A DNA stretch of 63,578 nt, filler included, from Nemertoderma westbladi (Eukaryota; Animalia; Xenacoelomorpha): assembly GCA_032718475.1 (NCBI GenBank). It is 3 parts of 3 records of this genome, joined end to end, with 100 filler letters (N's around TTAATTAATTAA, not from the genome) between each part and the next. Parts side by side here need not be neighbours in the genome. Positions count along the whole stretch, not along the records: positions 51,160 to 63,578 come from JAUCBJ010008742.1; 2 more parts are not named here. One strand, 5' to 3'. Below the pieces are notes generated by a model, which had not been told where the DNA came from, did no database searches, and was given only the letters and a program-made list of their open reading frames with translations. Both the position numbers and the translations under genes were made by a program. Below, piece by piece: positions 51,160 to 63,578 of this stretch; the stretch's first letter is position 1; each line of letters starts with the position of its first letter.

Positions 51160-51834
51160 CGATACTGTGTACTGCTATTTGTTGTCGGTTATTCATTATA
51201 TTTGTTGATGAATTATTATATTGGAATAACGAGAAATAACCCCGACACCCAATATTCTTGATATACCGAAGGTAAGAGAGAAAGGTTACCAATAACGATT
51301 GTGACTTATGTTAAAGTGGTTTGAAGTGAATCTAATGTTATTTGATAGACCCTACATGAGTCAGTCTGTGTTCCTTTTATATGTGACTAAAATCAGTGAA
51401 GATTGGCAGATTAGTGTGCAGTATTGTGCAGCATTGTGTGCGAGTGAGTCTGTTAAAGAAGCATTTCCTAAAGAATGCGCCATATATGTGAAATATAATT
51501 AAGCCATATCGTTGTGAGTAGTTTAAGTCATAACTCTGTTTATATAGATAAAGCGCCACGTCCTAAAGGAACTGTTAATATTCCCGAAGGTGAATAATAT
51601 TGTCAGAGATTATATAATACTGTCAGTCGAATAATACATTAGGCTTACATAGCAATAAAATTAAACCGTCGAACCCAATCTCCCGGGAATATCCAGCGGG
51701 TGAATGGTCGCGCACAGATTGGTTTCGACTAGTGTAGTGAATCAAATACTTGTCATAGGCTAAAAAGCGATTTAATAACTAGAAGACATCTTAATTTGGC
51801 GGGTTAAACTGCCAAAGGTCTGAAAGCGCGAACA
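51160..51834 (+). mobile_element. BEL LTR, 3' part, close inverted copy of LTR C
   Basis: Reverse complement of ~26783-27450; ends GAAAGCGCGAACA; no internal sequence follows. Confidence 0.92.
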
Positions 51835-51925
51835 AGCAACTTCATATAAATTTATGGAATAGATTCAGAATAATTCAGAAAATAATTCAGAATGATTGCA
51901 TGATTTTGTATTTAGTGTATGTAAA

Positions 51926-52150
51926 GGGGGCGGGGTAGCTCAGTTGGTTGAGCGCCGGGCCTGCAATCTATTGGTTGTAGGTTCAGCGCCGCCAGGGTCC
52001 ACTCAGCCTTTCATCCACTGGGGTCGATAAAATGAGTACCAGTTAAATAACTGGGAGCAAATCTTGGGATAGGAGTAGCGCCCACCCCTACCCTCGGGTA
52101 GCAGCTATCGAAAGAGGAGCCTTCGGGTCGCCTCCAGCTTCGGCCGATAG
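51926..52150 (+). mobile_element. tRNA-derived SINE with a conserved central core
   Basis: GGGGGCGGGGTAGCTCAGTTGGTTGAGCG head (CTGCAAT loop, Cys-like), then ACTCAGCCTTTCATCC..GGGGTCGATAAAATGAGTACCAG core as seen in widespread metazoan SINEs. Confidence 0.75.
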
Positions 52151-52619
52151 GTTAAAGAGTTTGTTAGCCTACAGTATTAGTATAGCAGACCATCGTAATA
52201 TATTACGATGGCTTGCCTATAGCGTATTTTTGTTTAAATAAATATAATATTTATTAGAAGGACAGTGATAGTGTCCTACATTATTTTATTAATTAATTAT
52301 GCCCAATAGAGAACGGGGAAAACCTGTATTTATCATAGAATAATACTGTATTATCAGGTGCCGACAGTTCGTAAGGAAACAAATTTGGTGCACTGAGAGA
52401 AGATATAATGAAAAAAAATCAACCAAAAAGTAAAACAATCGACAATTTAATAATATAGCAAAGATTACTAGAATAATTGAGTACTTATCTAAATATGTTT
52501 GCAGTTGTGATTTGATAATAAGTCATCCACATGTTCAAGCAATGCAAGCAAAAAGAAAGTGTTCACTGGGGAAGTGCGTATCGGTATGCGCCTATATGGA
52601 TTATGGAAGTGCTCACTAT

Positions 52620-52790
52620 AAGAAGTGTTTACGGGGTGGATGTCCTCATGGGGTGAGTGCTCACGGGGAAGTGTTCACGGGGTGGATGTGCTCATGGGGA
52701 AGTGTTCACGGGGTGGATGTGCTCATGGGGAAGTGTTCACGGGGTGGATGTGCTCATGGCTGAGTGCTCTCGGGCAAGGAAGGGTTCACG
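52620..52790. repeat. 30-bp minisatellite GGGAAGTGTTCACGGGGTGGATGTGCTCAT
   Basis: About 3 good and 2 degenerate copies. Confidence 0.85.
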
Positions 52791-53226
52791 GTAAGACTAC
52801 CTAATAAACAATAATATATTTTAATAATTATAATTAGGATGATTTTAACAATAAAATTACATATTGTACGATAAATAAAGCAGGTTATTTACATGTTCGC
52901 CCCTCGATCCGACATATATCGGGATCAACAGATCTCGGGGCCACAGAAAGTGAAAAAAAAAACGAAACAGAGCTGTCAAAATATATATATTTTTAAAAAG
53001 TGGTAAAAGTACAGTATATATCATTCGATTGCATTTTTTCCACTGATTGCGAATCTGACAATAAAACATAAAGATATTCAAAAGCTAAGAAATTATGGGC
53101 AAAAAACGTAAAATTGCAGTCAAACTCTACTTTTCCTTGTGTAGTGTTTGAAGCCAGAAAATAATTACAAACTCTACAATTCCCTGTGTTCTGACTGGAT
53201 AATATCTTTATTTTGTTGTTAAATAA

Positions 53227-54539
53227 TCACATCAAAGTTGATATATTTATTATATATATATATTTTTTCCTCCTTTCTAGAGGCGCGGTACGAACTGGAT
53301 ATCTCGAACAGTATTTGCCGGTAAGATTAAGACAGTCGCCACAGTAGCTATGTGACGAAGTAGATATGTGACGAATTTCAGATTTCCCACGCTTCACTTC
53401 AATTTGATGAACCTTTCGCGTATCTTTAATGGGAATGGGGTCGATATCTAAATAACTACTTGTCAACTTAATTGTTTCCTGTTCAATATATCCCTCAGAG
53501 TAAAACAAGAAATGACAGTATGTAAGGTCATCAGCATGTTCACAATAACTGAAGAGATCTAAGTTAAAAACTTCCCCTTTCAATGAAGCGCCATCAGCAG
53601 ATCGTTCAACACGACTGCCCAGGCCATCTGGCGCGCCTTTTCCATGTCCCGATTCAAAGAAATGAAAGCGAATTTGTTGAAGGTGAAGTTGATCCGGTAG
53701 ATGCCGTAGTGACTGTAAAGCGAATCTACTCTTATATTGGGCACTCGCCCCATCAGAGAATCGCATCAGTTTAAGTATCTGTTCGCCTTTCGATCGTAAA
53801 AACTCAACTACTTTCTTTGTTACCAATTGAACAAAAACATGACTGTGATTCTTACTATCTGAAATGAAGATTAAGTTCATCGATCCTCCGACCAAATAAA
53901 CTCTAATAGGATGAATAGTGACTTGTTTTTTACCCCAGTGTGCCTGCTGTATTTCATTATCAGGATTTATAGTATAATTTTCGGCAAAGTCCATCCAAAG
54001 TATTACTTCGCCTGGAGTAAGAGTCTGCCTCAACTCTCGTAGAGCCTTGTACTGCGCGTCAGCTCGAAATAAATGCCATGCGAGATTTCCAAAATCTTCC
54101 TTGATTTAAGAAATATCTCCTAGTCTTTCCTTCGATGTTACAATATACCACTTCTTTTCCCCATTCTTAACTCATTGTGTGACAATTATCTTATCCTCTT
54201 CGACAGTTCAACTGCCTTTGCTTACCTGATATTTTTTTTACGGCGTTGAATTGAACGATGAGCAAAAGAAAGTGAACCACCCATTTTGTTAAAAATATTA
54301 TTGAGTTTATTACCTTTTTGTCTCTCAATAGCAATACATTGTTTCTTTGTTTCCTTATCAAGTTTTTTTAAATTTTCGTCGACGTCGTCGGGAGTTACAG
54401 CTACTTTTTGATTTAGAGTACGAAGAAGTACACGGTATCTCAATTTAGGATTTTTTGAGAGCAATCGATCAAGCCTGCTTGCTACAGATCTTACAACATC
54501 TTTTGTTGGGGATCTAATGGTTGTTTCAGTTTGTACCAT
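53227..54539 (-). pseudogene. DNA-transposon transposase remnant (Sola-like DDD/E; superfamily tentative)
   Basis: MDFAENY..EIQQAHW..QVTIHP, FISD..H, FSDGASAQYK, FFESGHGKGAPDGLG; upstream part broken. Confidence 0.72.
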
Positions 54540-55102
54540 ATTAGCATTAGCCGTTCCTAGACATATTTCTAAATGATTTTTTTTCCATTTATTATAAGTT
54601 GAATATTTTCCAATTTAAGCTTATCATTTTCACTAACTATACTTAGTAAGTTTGTGCTCGAATTCTCGCGCTATCCTAAATCCGTACCAGTGATAAACTC
54701 ATCTCTCCTGTCAACATTTTTTATCAGAATGCTCCTAAAATTTTAACAGGCTTTGTTCAACCTATAGCGACCAACTTGGAAAAAAAATTTCAATATATTC
54801 TTAATACCGCTTCGCGCAGCACGTCACAAATTCAAGAGTTTTTATAATGTTTGCAAAAAATCCAAATTTAAAATGAGCGACATTTACTCAATACGTTGCG
54901 TCAAAGTTAGTATACACTTCTTATTTCGGGCAAACTCTACAAAATACAATAAAGCATATTTTATTTACCGTACAATAAATTTTTATTAATCATAGTCAAG
55001 CTTATTCTCGCCCAATTTACCAATCCCTTAATATTTTACCAATAGATTTATACTGTGCATGCTTGAAATAAACAAATTTATGTACGACATATAGGGGCCT
55101 AC

Positions 55103-55200
55103 TAGGGATGCGACAGAGCTCCGGCTCCGGAAATCCGGAGCTCCGGGCCAATTTTCTAGTTCCGGCTCCGGGCAAATTAACCCGGAGCCAATCCGGAGCT
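55103..55200 (+). mobile_element. hAT-like element terminus
   Basis: TAGGGATG end followed by clustered TCCGG/CCGGA subterminal repeats; partner end not found. Confidence 0.5.
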
Positions 55201-56451
55201 TATATTGCTTAAAATCGAATTAAAATAATAAGTTTTTCTGATGTATGAATAATGTAAATATCATAGTAATTAACATAATAACTCATTAAGTAATTTACAG
55301 CTTGTTTTTTTAAGTTTCCTGATAACCTCCCACCCCCTTTGTGAAATTGTTTAAATGTTTGAACAAAAACATTGAAATGAGTCAGTTAATTCAATTAATA
55401 TTATTCCCTAATTAAAAAATCTTAAATACGTCACACTATCGTTTCGTTCCTCAGTCCAGAACCCCCATTCCACTGACCCCCCCCCCCCCCCCCTCCCTCC
55501 CATCCCCAACAGGCTGGTACTGTTAATTTGTATAAAATATTCAGTTTAAATACTTATAATTCTAGAACTATTTTATATTATAGAACTATATGTTTATTAA
55601 ATTTATGTAATAATAATTTTAATAGTTATACAATATTTGTGTGCTGAGATTGTATTTCAGTTCCTGATTCAATAATGTAAATAGAGCCCGAGGACCCTCT
55701 AAACAGTTGTGATATATACAAATTACTAATATTATTTTAGATATCCGGTTTATGCCAGTCTACGTACGTGAGGTAGGTGGTACATGCTTTATCGTTTATC
55801 AATGACAATAATATACTGAAAACTGCACCAACTCCTAGAAATTAATTACACAATATCCCATATAATAGTGTCGATAATAACTTGACAACAAACCTAAGTT
55901 ACTGATTTTCTAGTCGTAAGAAATATAAAAATAACAGAGTTTGTGTAATGAGTGTGAACTGAAAGAAAAGTCTAAAACATTACAGTATATTTTAGCCCAT
56001 TGAACACCAGATAAGGGAGTCTTTGGAGGCAATCAAAATGCATCCCTCTCCAGGAGAAAATCGACGTAAATAACTGCTAATTACTACCAAAAATAAAATT
56101 GTAACCTGTTCTATTGAATATAGTTTATTGTTTTGATTATAATAGAACAGCATGCGACTGCAAACTGCTCATTTCCCTTAATTGATAATTGAGTAAGAAT
56201 TTGCATCAAATCCCCCAAAATTAATCCTCACAAAATTAAAACATTTCATGTATTTATTACGCTCCATCCTTGCAAATACATCAACTAAACTAACTAGATA
56301 ACTATAGATAGCCTATATTATTGCATTTTATACTAAAATAGCATGACATTCATAAGTTTTCAATACTCATACGATACACTTAACAAAATCGATGCAAAGC
56401 TCAATCTACGGTCTTTTCCGTACTTAATAACTCTACTAATACGGTAAGCAT

Positions 56452-58400
56452 TATTTTATTATTTATTCTTTAAATCAGGACAAGGCCCATAAAACTAGAA
56501 AGTAAGATATACATAGAAATACACATAAATATATGAACACTGTAGAGGAGTCTAAGTAATATGGGGTACATGAAAAGCATAAGTAAAAGTAATAACTATT
56601 ACCACAACTATATATTAGAGTAATTAGTGTTATTTTACGTAATTTGGTTCAACATTTCACGTATATACGCGAAACGCCATGTTGGCGACAGATAACAGAC
56701 ACACCCCGTAGGAGATGCTATTGTTAATGTTGTCCTTCTGAACAAACTCTTAATCAATTTATAACGTAAGTGAATGAATAAAGGTATAATAAGTAGACCA
56801 AATGTCAGAGAAATACTAGTGGATTCTCCATCAGTTAGACGGGGTATTTTAAATAGAAATCTAGCGCAATTATTGTATGCTACTCGTAGCTTATTATGTG
56901 CACTGTCAGAATAGCTACGCTTAGCCCAGAGCGAGTTGCAATATATGGGGGTGCAATAGGCTCGGAATAAAGCAAGCTTAACTCGTCGGCTGCAATTGCC
57001 AAACTTGCGTAGCAACATATTACCACGTGCGTTGCGTATAAGCTATTAGTCTGCTTACGGATATCAAAATCGTCATCTAAACGTACAATGTATTAAATGT
57101 CCTTAGTATTTAAATTTATCAACAATATTAAGTTTCACATCATAAAGAAATACTGCGGACTTAGCGCTGCAGCTTATATCTCTTGGTAAAAAATACATAC
57201 ATTTAGATTTCTTCTTATTGAAAGTCGTAGAGTTATTAGAGGCGTAACTAACAGCAACATCTATTAACTTTTGTATCCCGTAAATTGAGTTTGACAACAA
57301 ACAGATATCATCTTCATAACGCAAGAGATTTACCATGATATTGATGATATTTGATATTGATGACCATGATATTTACCATATTATAACATCCAACCACCCG
57401 CTTAATGTTAATTGAATGCTTAAATCATCTAAATAAACATTGAAAAACAGGGGAGACAGAATGCCACCCTGTTTTGTACCATTAGTAACCGTAAATTTCG
57501 GTGAGACTATACCCGCCCAAACAACACAATCAACTGCGACCTATACCAATAAATAATCAGACGCACAATATATACTGTAGGGGAATATTTCGATCAATAA
57601 GTTTGTGAAAAAGTACAAAAGCCCATTGTCAAAAGCTTTGCTGGCGTCTAGCATACACACATAAACCGATAAACGGGTGTGTTCTTACTTAAATAATAAT
57701 TGAGAATTTCTTTTAAGGCATATACGCAAGTTTCAGTGCCAAGCTTCGACTTGAAGCCAAACTGGTTATCGGTAGTGTACAATAGGGATAGACAGCTACG
57801 TAAGATAACATTTTCTAAAATTGTACTGAGCACTGTAGCAATTGAAATACCGCTATAATTATCCTTAGACGTGTGGTCATTATTCTTATCCTTAATTAAC
57901 GGAATTATAATAGATTCCATCATACCAATCGGCATGTAACCGTGGACAAATACACCAGCAAAAATAATAGATAGAATATATAACATAGAAACACAACAGC
58001 CATTTATAAAGTGTTCCGCCAAAAGGTCATCTGGGCCGACGGCCTTGCCGCGGGACAGATTATTAATCGCCATAAATGTTTCAACAGGAGATACAATATT
58101 ATCAGCACTAAAAACGGTTTTCAAACGACTGTAAACAAACTCTCGACTGGATCAGATCATCGATGGCAGATCATCAAAATGTGATTTCCACATATCGGAG
58201 GTTTCCCGTGGCCCATTTACATCACCTACCCTGCTAGGAAGCGGAGCAAAATCGCACGCTTGTTTATGAACCCCGGACCAAAATTCATTACTGCTAGCTA
58301 CTAGTGCCTTTAATAAGGGCATTAGCTAGTTTTTCGTTTTCCTCTCGAAATTTTTGTTCATTACGTTTACATTCCCGAAGAGAACGTTTAAATTGTGCTG
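56452..58400 (-). pseudogene. Decayed LINE ORF2 3' fragment, related to the LINE at 33-38 kb
   Basis: KAVGPD, PLIKDK, NQFGFK, YY..KNTPVY, DASKAFD and GTKQGGILSP remnants, YEDD, LFRAYC..LW; AATAAATAATAAAATAA tail. Confidence 0.85.
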
Positions 58401-58900
58401 CACAGGTATTTCCTATTAATTTCGCCATCCCTTGGATATCCATTATTTTAATTAAAAATAAATGGCAATTGGTTTTTCAAAATCAATCCTGTAATCCCTA
58501 AATCCCTAATAGTAATCCCTAATCAATTATGCTTTGTTTAATAGTATTCACCATATCCATACCATATTCAGTCATCCATATATATATATTGATGGAAATA
58601 TATATTGATTGAATAGAAAAAAATATATGTAAAACAAGGGTAAAAAAAATAACAACTCCCTATACCTACCATATTATAACTAACTACTAAGATTTTAAAT
58701 ATATCTAGTTTCATTCACATTTTATTTATTTTACTGTGCGCTTTAATCTTACTGTAATTTTTTTACTTTGTATTAATAAATACTGTAAATCTTTATTGGT
58801 AATAATATTTAAAACATTTAAACTAATGGAATGCCTAACCCTAAACAACATATATACAGTATAGAGGGTCTATACGATTAAGCAAAAAAACATTTTAATA

Positions 58901-59145
58901 TCAACGACGAAGTGCAGCTCCAGCTGCAGCACCAACACCGGCTGCCGCAGCAACAGCAGCCTTCCCAACACCGGCCACAGCAACACTCTGTGCCACTGAG
59001 AACAGACCCGTAGTTGCACCACCATAGACTGCGGATTGAATGCCTGCAGCCATGCTCCCGGCCGCTACTCCACCAGCCGTGAAGCCTACTGCGGGTAAAA
59101 CAAAAGGCGCCGCTAGTACCGTTGTGACACCGATGACCGCACCAA
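58901..59145 (-). CDS. Last coding exon of an IFI27/IFI6 (ISG12)-family small membrane protein
   Basis: TTTATTTTGCAG acceptor, phase 1: GAVIGVTTVLAAPFVLPAVGFTAGGVAAGSMAAGIQSAVYGGATTGLFSVAQSVAVAGVGKAAVAAAAGVGAAAGAALRR*; this frame is not in the ORF track. Confidence 0.85.
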
Positions 59146-59969
59146 CTGCAAAATAAACCGTAATAATTAGAGTACAGTAACATGTATGTGAATATGTGTC
59201 TGTGTTACTGCAGTATCTGAGTATGTAGCTGCTGACCTGTATCTGGCTGTGTGTGGCCGAGTCACAACACAGGAGTGGTGCTTTGCCATGGTCTCAGACT
59301 ACATCAAACGGTAGCTGTTGTCAGGTAGCTGCCAGTAAAATACTGCAGTTGTAAAAAATTCAGTGCCCCTGAAACCGAAATGAGCCATAGGCCTAGCAGC
59401 CTAGTGCTAATGCTAATTATACACTATATCGCATCCTCTATAATCAAATATGTTCAAATCATATTAATTACAGAATTATGTGATATCTATACAGTCTATA
59501 TACTATCAGACTATACACCACGTCCCAGAATATAGTGTCGTAATTAAGTGACACCCCCCCCCCCCCCTCCCTAATTTTTCTACAAATCTTAATGAGATTG
59601 CATGAAATTTGAAACAGAGATAGTATCACCTCCCGATCAGTGACTGGGTAAGCCAGAATTTTTATTTTTGCTTTAAATCTTTAGATACGAGCGTTTAAAA
59701 AAAGTGCCTCCGTCGATATTACACCAGTTTCACCGCAGTTATTCTTCTACCTTCAGACCTTATAGCTGTTTGTTGGTACCAATGGAAAGCTGGCCCTGCA
59801 AGGATTCCAAATATGTAACACAATTTGAATTTGGTTGAAAAATAGCTGAGATATGAGCGTTCAAATGTTGCATGGTTTTGCACCGGCGCGAGGCTATTCC
59901 ATTCTATTTAATAAATAAACCATATTCTGGAATATTTTTTAAATGTATGAATAGCTACACTAAGCTACG

Positions 59970-60405
59970 CTTCTCGTGGTCACCTGGACACGGAGGGTCG
60001 CGAGGTAGGGGGAGTGCGTGCAGACCTGGTAGCTCGCGGCGTCTGGGCCAATCAGAGAGTTGCGTCGTTCAAAATTGCTGTTATCAACGCTGACGCCACC
60101 TCTTACGCCCAGACCAACCGCTCGACAGATTCGCTGCTTGAGGCGCGTTGCCGCTTCAAGAAGAATCACTAGCGGTCTATCTGCGAGGAACGGAGGATGG
60201 AGTTCACCCCACTGGTCGGTACAACCGATGGTGTTTGGTGCCTCCGCCTCGAGACCCAGATCCTGCTCCGCCATCTCGCCGAGTCCCTAGTGGTAAGGCG
60301 GGACAGAATGCGAAAGAGGGGTCTCGCTTGTGTACTGGGTGGTATTCGCCGGAAGCTTCTGTTTGCGCTCCTTCGATCCAGCTCGCTCTGCCTGCGCGGG
60401 CAGAG
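59970..60405 (+). pseudogene. 3' end of a CRE-like non-LTR retrotransposon (restriction-like endonuclease domain)
   Basis: VRADLVARGVW..RVASFKIAVINADATSY..KKNH*..C..FTPLVGTTDG..LRHLAE..IRRKLLFALLR..LCLRG in one frame. Confidence 0.75.
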
Positions 60406-61434
60406 CTTAAATTTAATTAGAATCAATAGTAATTACCGGTATCATCTACCTTGTCCTTACTCTTACTTCATCAATGTTTGATATTATTATATTATACTTT
60501 TAAATATACTTTTTTAAATGTATGAATACAGGAATAGCTACATAAAAAAAATGAATAGCTACTGAATGATTAGCTGAATAGCTGAATAGAATGATTAAAG
60601 ATGTATGGCCCCTGGTCACTGGTATGAGCTCGTATTTACTTGTCCTTGTCCAGCACCAGCAGCACTGCTGTACACCTACCCACTGGATCTTAATCTGCTT
60701 TCACGGCGAGTGGTTGATATGGGTTGTATTGTTCCCTAAAGCTCGGCGTAATCCAGTAATACGTTGCTTCCGGCAGTCCGGTGTAATCCGGTTGATGTTT
60801 AGGGTTGCCTTACTGTCTTACCGCAGCACTACCGGTAGTAGTCTTGCTGTCTTGTGTAGTAACAATCTGACAATTCGTTGTTCAAATGATTTCGTCAGTG
60901 TTCTGGTCTCCTGGTCTCACCCCCGCCCTCGACCGCTCGACCTGCCGTTCTTGGATACGCACCTGAGGTCATAGTTAATACATCCATTGCCGCATTCGTG
61001 AAGAAATTCGTAGGCGAATAGCAGAATACAAAAAATAGCGGAACAGGCTGACCGGTACAGCGGTATTCTGGTATTACTGTATCCTAATATCAATATCTAT
61101 AAATGTTGAATCGACTAGTACAGTTGTAGGAATTGGAATTGGAATTGCAATTTTTCATTTGACATTAAATCAGTTAAAAACAAGCACTAAAGATAGTATT
61201 AAAATATAACATATGAAGTGTAAGGAAAAGGTAAAGGCAACAAACCAATGTACAGTATGGTATTCAACATGTCCTAGAAAATGTATTTTAACGGAAAACA
61301 GTACTAAAACAAACATAGATAAATAAAACGCAATAATTTTTATTGTCCGTTTAAATCATGCCTAAATAAAATGACCTTCAATAAATTGTAAACACTATTT
61401 ACAACATAATTATGGTAAGACATTTCTATTTCAG

Positions 61435-61475
61435 GATTTAGGACCAACAAACTTAGTGGATACGAGATGAAAGGT
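61435..61475 (+). CDS. Possible 41-bp micro-exon (FRTNKLSGYEMKG)
   Basis: TTTCTATTTCAG acceptor and GTAAGT donor around a short open frame; parent gene unknown. Confidence 0.25.
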
Positions 61476-61504
61476 GTAAGTGCAGCAACTATATTATACT
61501 AATT

Positions 61505-61720
61505 TCCTTACTAATTTCCTTACAAATAGGCAGCAACGAGTAAAATTAGGAAATAGCTATTCATCCTACGTGGCAGTTAAATCTGGTGTACCACAAGGTT
61601 CGTGTATCGGGCCACTTATGTTTATTTTATACATAAATGATTTACCTGATATATTTTCTTCATATACTAATACCCGTTTGTATGCTGAAAGACACTAAAC
61701 TTTTTTCCAGTTTCGATTCA
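61505..61720 (+). pseudogene. Short LINE RT fragment (CR1/L2/Jockey-like)
   Basis: NFLTNRQQRVKL..SGVPQGSCIGPLMFILYINDL..LYAE(D)TKL. Confidence 0.85.
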
Positions 61721-61740
61721 CCTGGTGGTCGATATAGATT

Positions 61741-62140
61741 ACACGTTCGTGGGGACTTCGCGCAGCACGAGGCCTAGTTATTATATACAAATTAAAATGC
61801 AGCGACTGTATCACAAAATCAGGTTTTGAGAAATTTACCCACACCACCAATCAATCAAAGAAAGGTGGACAGTACGTGTTCACCCCTTTTAATCGCCCCC
61901 CCCCCCCCCCCCCACCCTTCCCAACCACCAATACATAACCGCGACATCTACCACCCACGGAAGGGTAGCACGAACTTATTTCCAATCGCACGTTAAATAT
62001 GCAAAGCCAGGTGGTTTATAGGAATATAATAAACGCAGTACTCGTTTTCATTATAAGCCTCTTTGCGTTCGTCCTGTTTTGTATTTAAATATATTTCTTA
62101 AACGCAAGCTAGGACGATCTTTATAATAATAATAACTAGG
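61741..62140. repeat. Direct duplication of 63248-63578 including the Helitron-like 3' end; partial third copy at ~62150-62290
   Basis: Colinear, closely similar sequence; hairpin followed by CTAG-T at 61774-61778. Confidence 0.85.
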
Positions 62141-62989
62141 GATGCGATCAATATGTGAAGCCAGGTGGTTTATATAATAATTTAGTCAACGCAGTACTCG
62201 TCTTCATTATATGCCTCGTTGCGCTCGTCGCTTGTCCTGTTTTGTCATAAAATATTTTTCCTAAACGCAGACTGACGATCTTTATACAGTTATAACTATG
62301 CGAAGTTTCGAAACTGTGCGAGTAACTGTTGATACATCTATGTGGAGATGTGTGATATGTGGAGATGTGTGATACAACGCCAACGCATCTTATGCCGATG
62401 TAGTAATATGGGTATTGAAATAATATTAAATCAATGTACACTCTTAAAGCTGCAGCGAAAAAATGTAGCTAATTTCCTAGGTTACATATAAAATAATAAT
62501 ATTATTTTTAAGAACATTAATTTTACTACTTTGCAAAAATTCAATTAAAAAATAACCAGACATATACATTGTGGAATAAACTATTTCAGAAGCCTACAAC
62601 AGCCATGCCATGGATTGTATTTATGTTATTATATCTGTCATTTAACTGAGATAGCAATAGTAGTAATAGTCGAACGGTTATGCGGCCCGTCCAGCCTATA
62701 ATAAACACAATTCAGTGATTGGGCTGGAATAGCAATACTGGTTGCCTCTATTACAATTCCTCTCAGGTTAGTCTACAGCCACAACTCCCAGCAGCTAGCT
62801 CCACACCAGCAGAGACTTGACCAATAATGGGAAGGATTAAATTTGTACTCAATAATTGTGCGGTTTAATTACGTTTAGATCAATTAAAGACACATTTATT
62901 AAAGCAAATCACTTAAACTAATTAAAAACTATAATAGAATGGCGTATGGGGATTATATCTGTATAATTTTTAAGTATAATTATTTAAAT

Positions 62990-63284
62990 CTTATACTGTA
63001 AAACAATTAATTTCCTTTAAAAGGCAGGTTGAAAATGGCGTTTTCACCGCAATCAACTTAATTAACTAATTAACTGCTATTATCTTAGCTTCTCGAAGGC
63101 CACACGGAAATTCTACTTGGAAAATTTCTAAACTTTTGCCAAACAACATGTGTACCAAGTTTGGATAGATTTCATCAAAGATTGGCCGAGTTATTAACGT
63201 TTAAAATTGAACACGACAGAACGACAGAACGACAGAACGACAGAACGACACGTTCGTGGGGCCTTCGCGCAGCACGAGGCCCAG
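62990..63284 (+). mobile_element. Non-autonomous Helitron/HINE-like element
   Basis: CATGTGTACCAAGTTT motif, (ACAGAACG)n microsatellite, GGCCTTCGCG..CACGAGGCC hairpin, then C(C/T)AG-T; 5' end approximate. Confidence 0.55.
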
Positions 63285-63578
63285 TTATGAGATACAAATT
63301 AAAATTGAGCGACTGTATCACAAAATCAGGTTTTGAGAAATTTACCCACACCACCAATCAATCAAAGAAAGGGGGACAGTACGTGTTCACCCCTTTTAAC
63401 CCCCCCCCCCCCCCCCACCCTTCCCAACCACCAATACATAACCGCGACATCTACCACCCACGAAAGGGTAGCACGAACTTATTTCCAATCGCACGTTCAA
63501 TATGCAAAGCCAGGTGGTTTATAGGAATATAATAAACGCAGTACTCGTATTCATTATAAGCCTCGTTGCGTTCGTCCT

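Noticed and set aside
58878-59183. Cys-rich metallothionein/keratin-associated-like ORF
   Set aside because: Off-frame reading of the Ala/Gly codons of the IFI27-like exon

Overview
AT-rich eukaryotic (animal-like) scaffold window with two 100-bp padded assembly gaps, made mostly of nested transposable elements. It holds several decayed BEL/Pao LTR retrotransposons (five related ~1.16-1.2-kb LTRs, one a solo LTR with a TTGGT target-site duplication) and five copies or pieces of a TTAA-specific piggyBac-like MITE, three of them inserted exactly in BEL pol reading frames. It also has a near-intact two-ORF LINE, other LINE/CRE fragments, tRNA-derived SINEs, Harbinger, hAT, Sola-like and Helitron-like remnants, and minisatellites. 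Host-like exons encode a secreted EGF/Cys-rich protein and an IFI27/ISG12-family protein. The most striking feature is at ~28.0-38.6 kb: a frameshifted protein-primed family-B DNA polymerase of Polinton/adintovirus type is followed 14 bp later by an open, ATG-less ORF with a TATA-binding-protein (TBP) two-repeat pattern. Next to it is a tandem array alternating TATAAAA and Pol III B-box motifs, and one unit of that array recurs on the far side of the cassette. No integrase, ATPase or capsid gene is visible. All family assignments are from motif recognition by eye; no searches were run.
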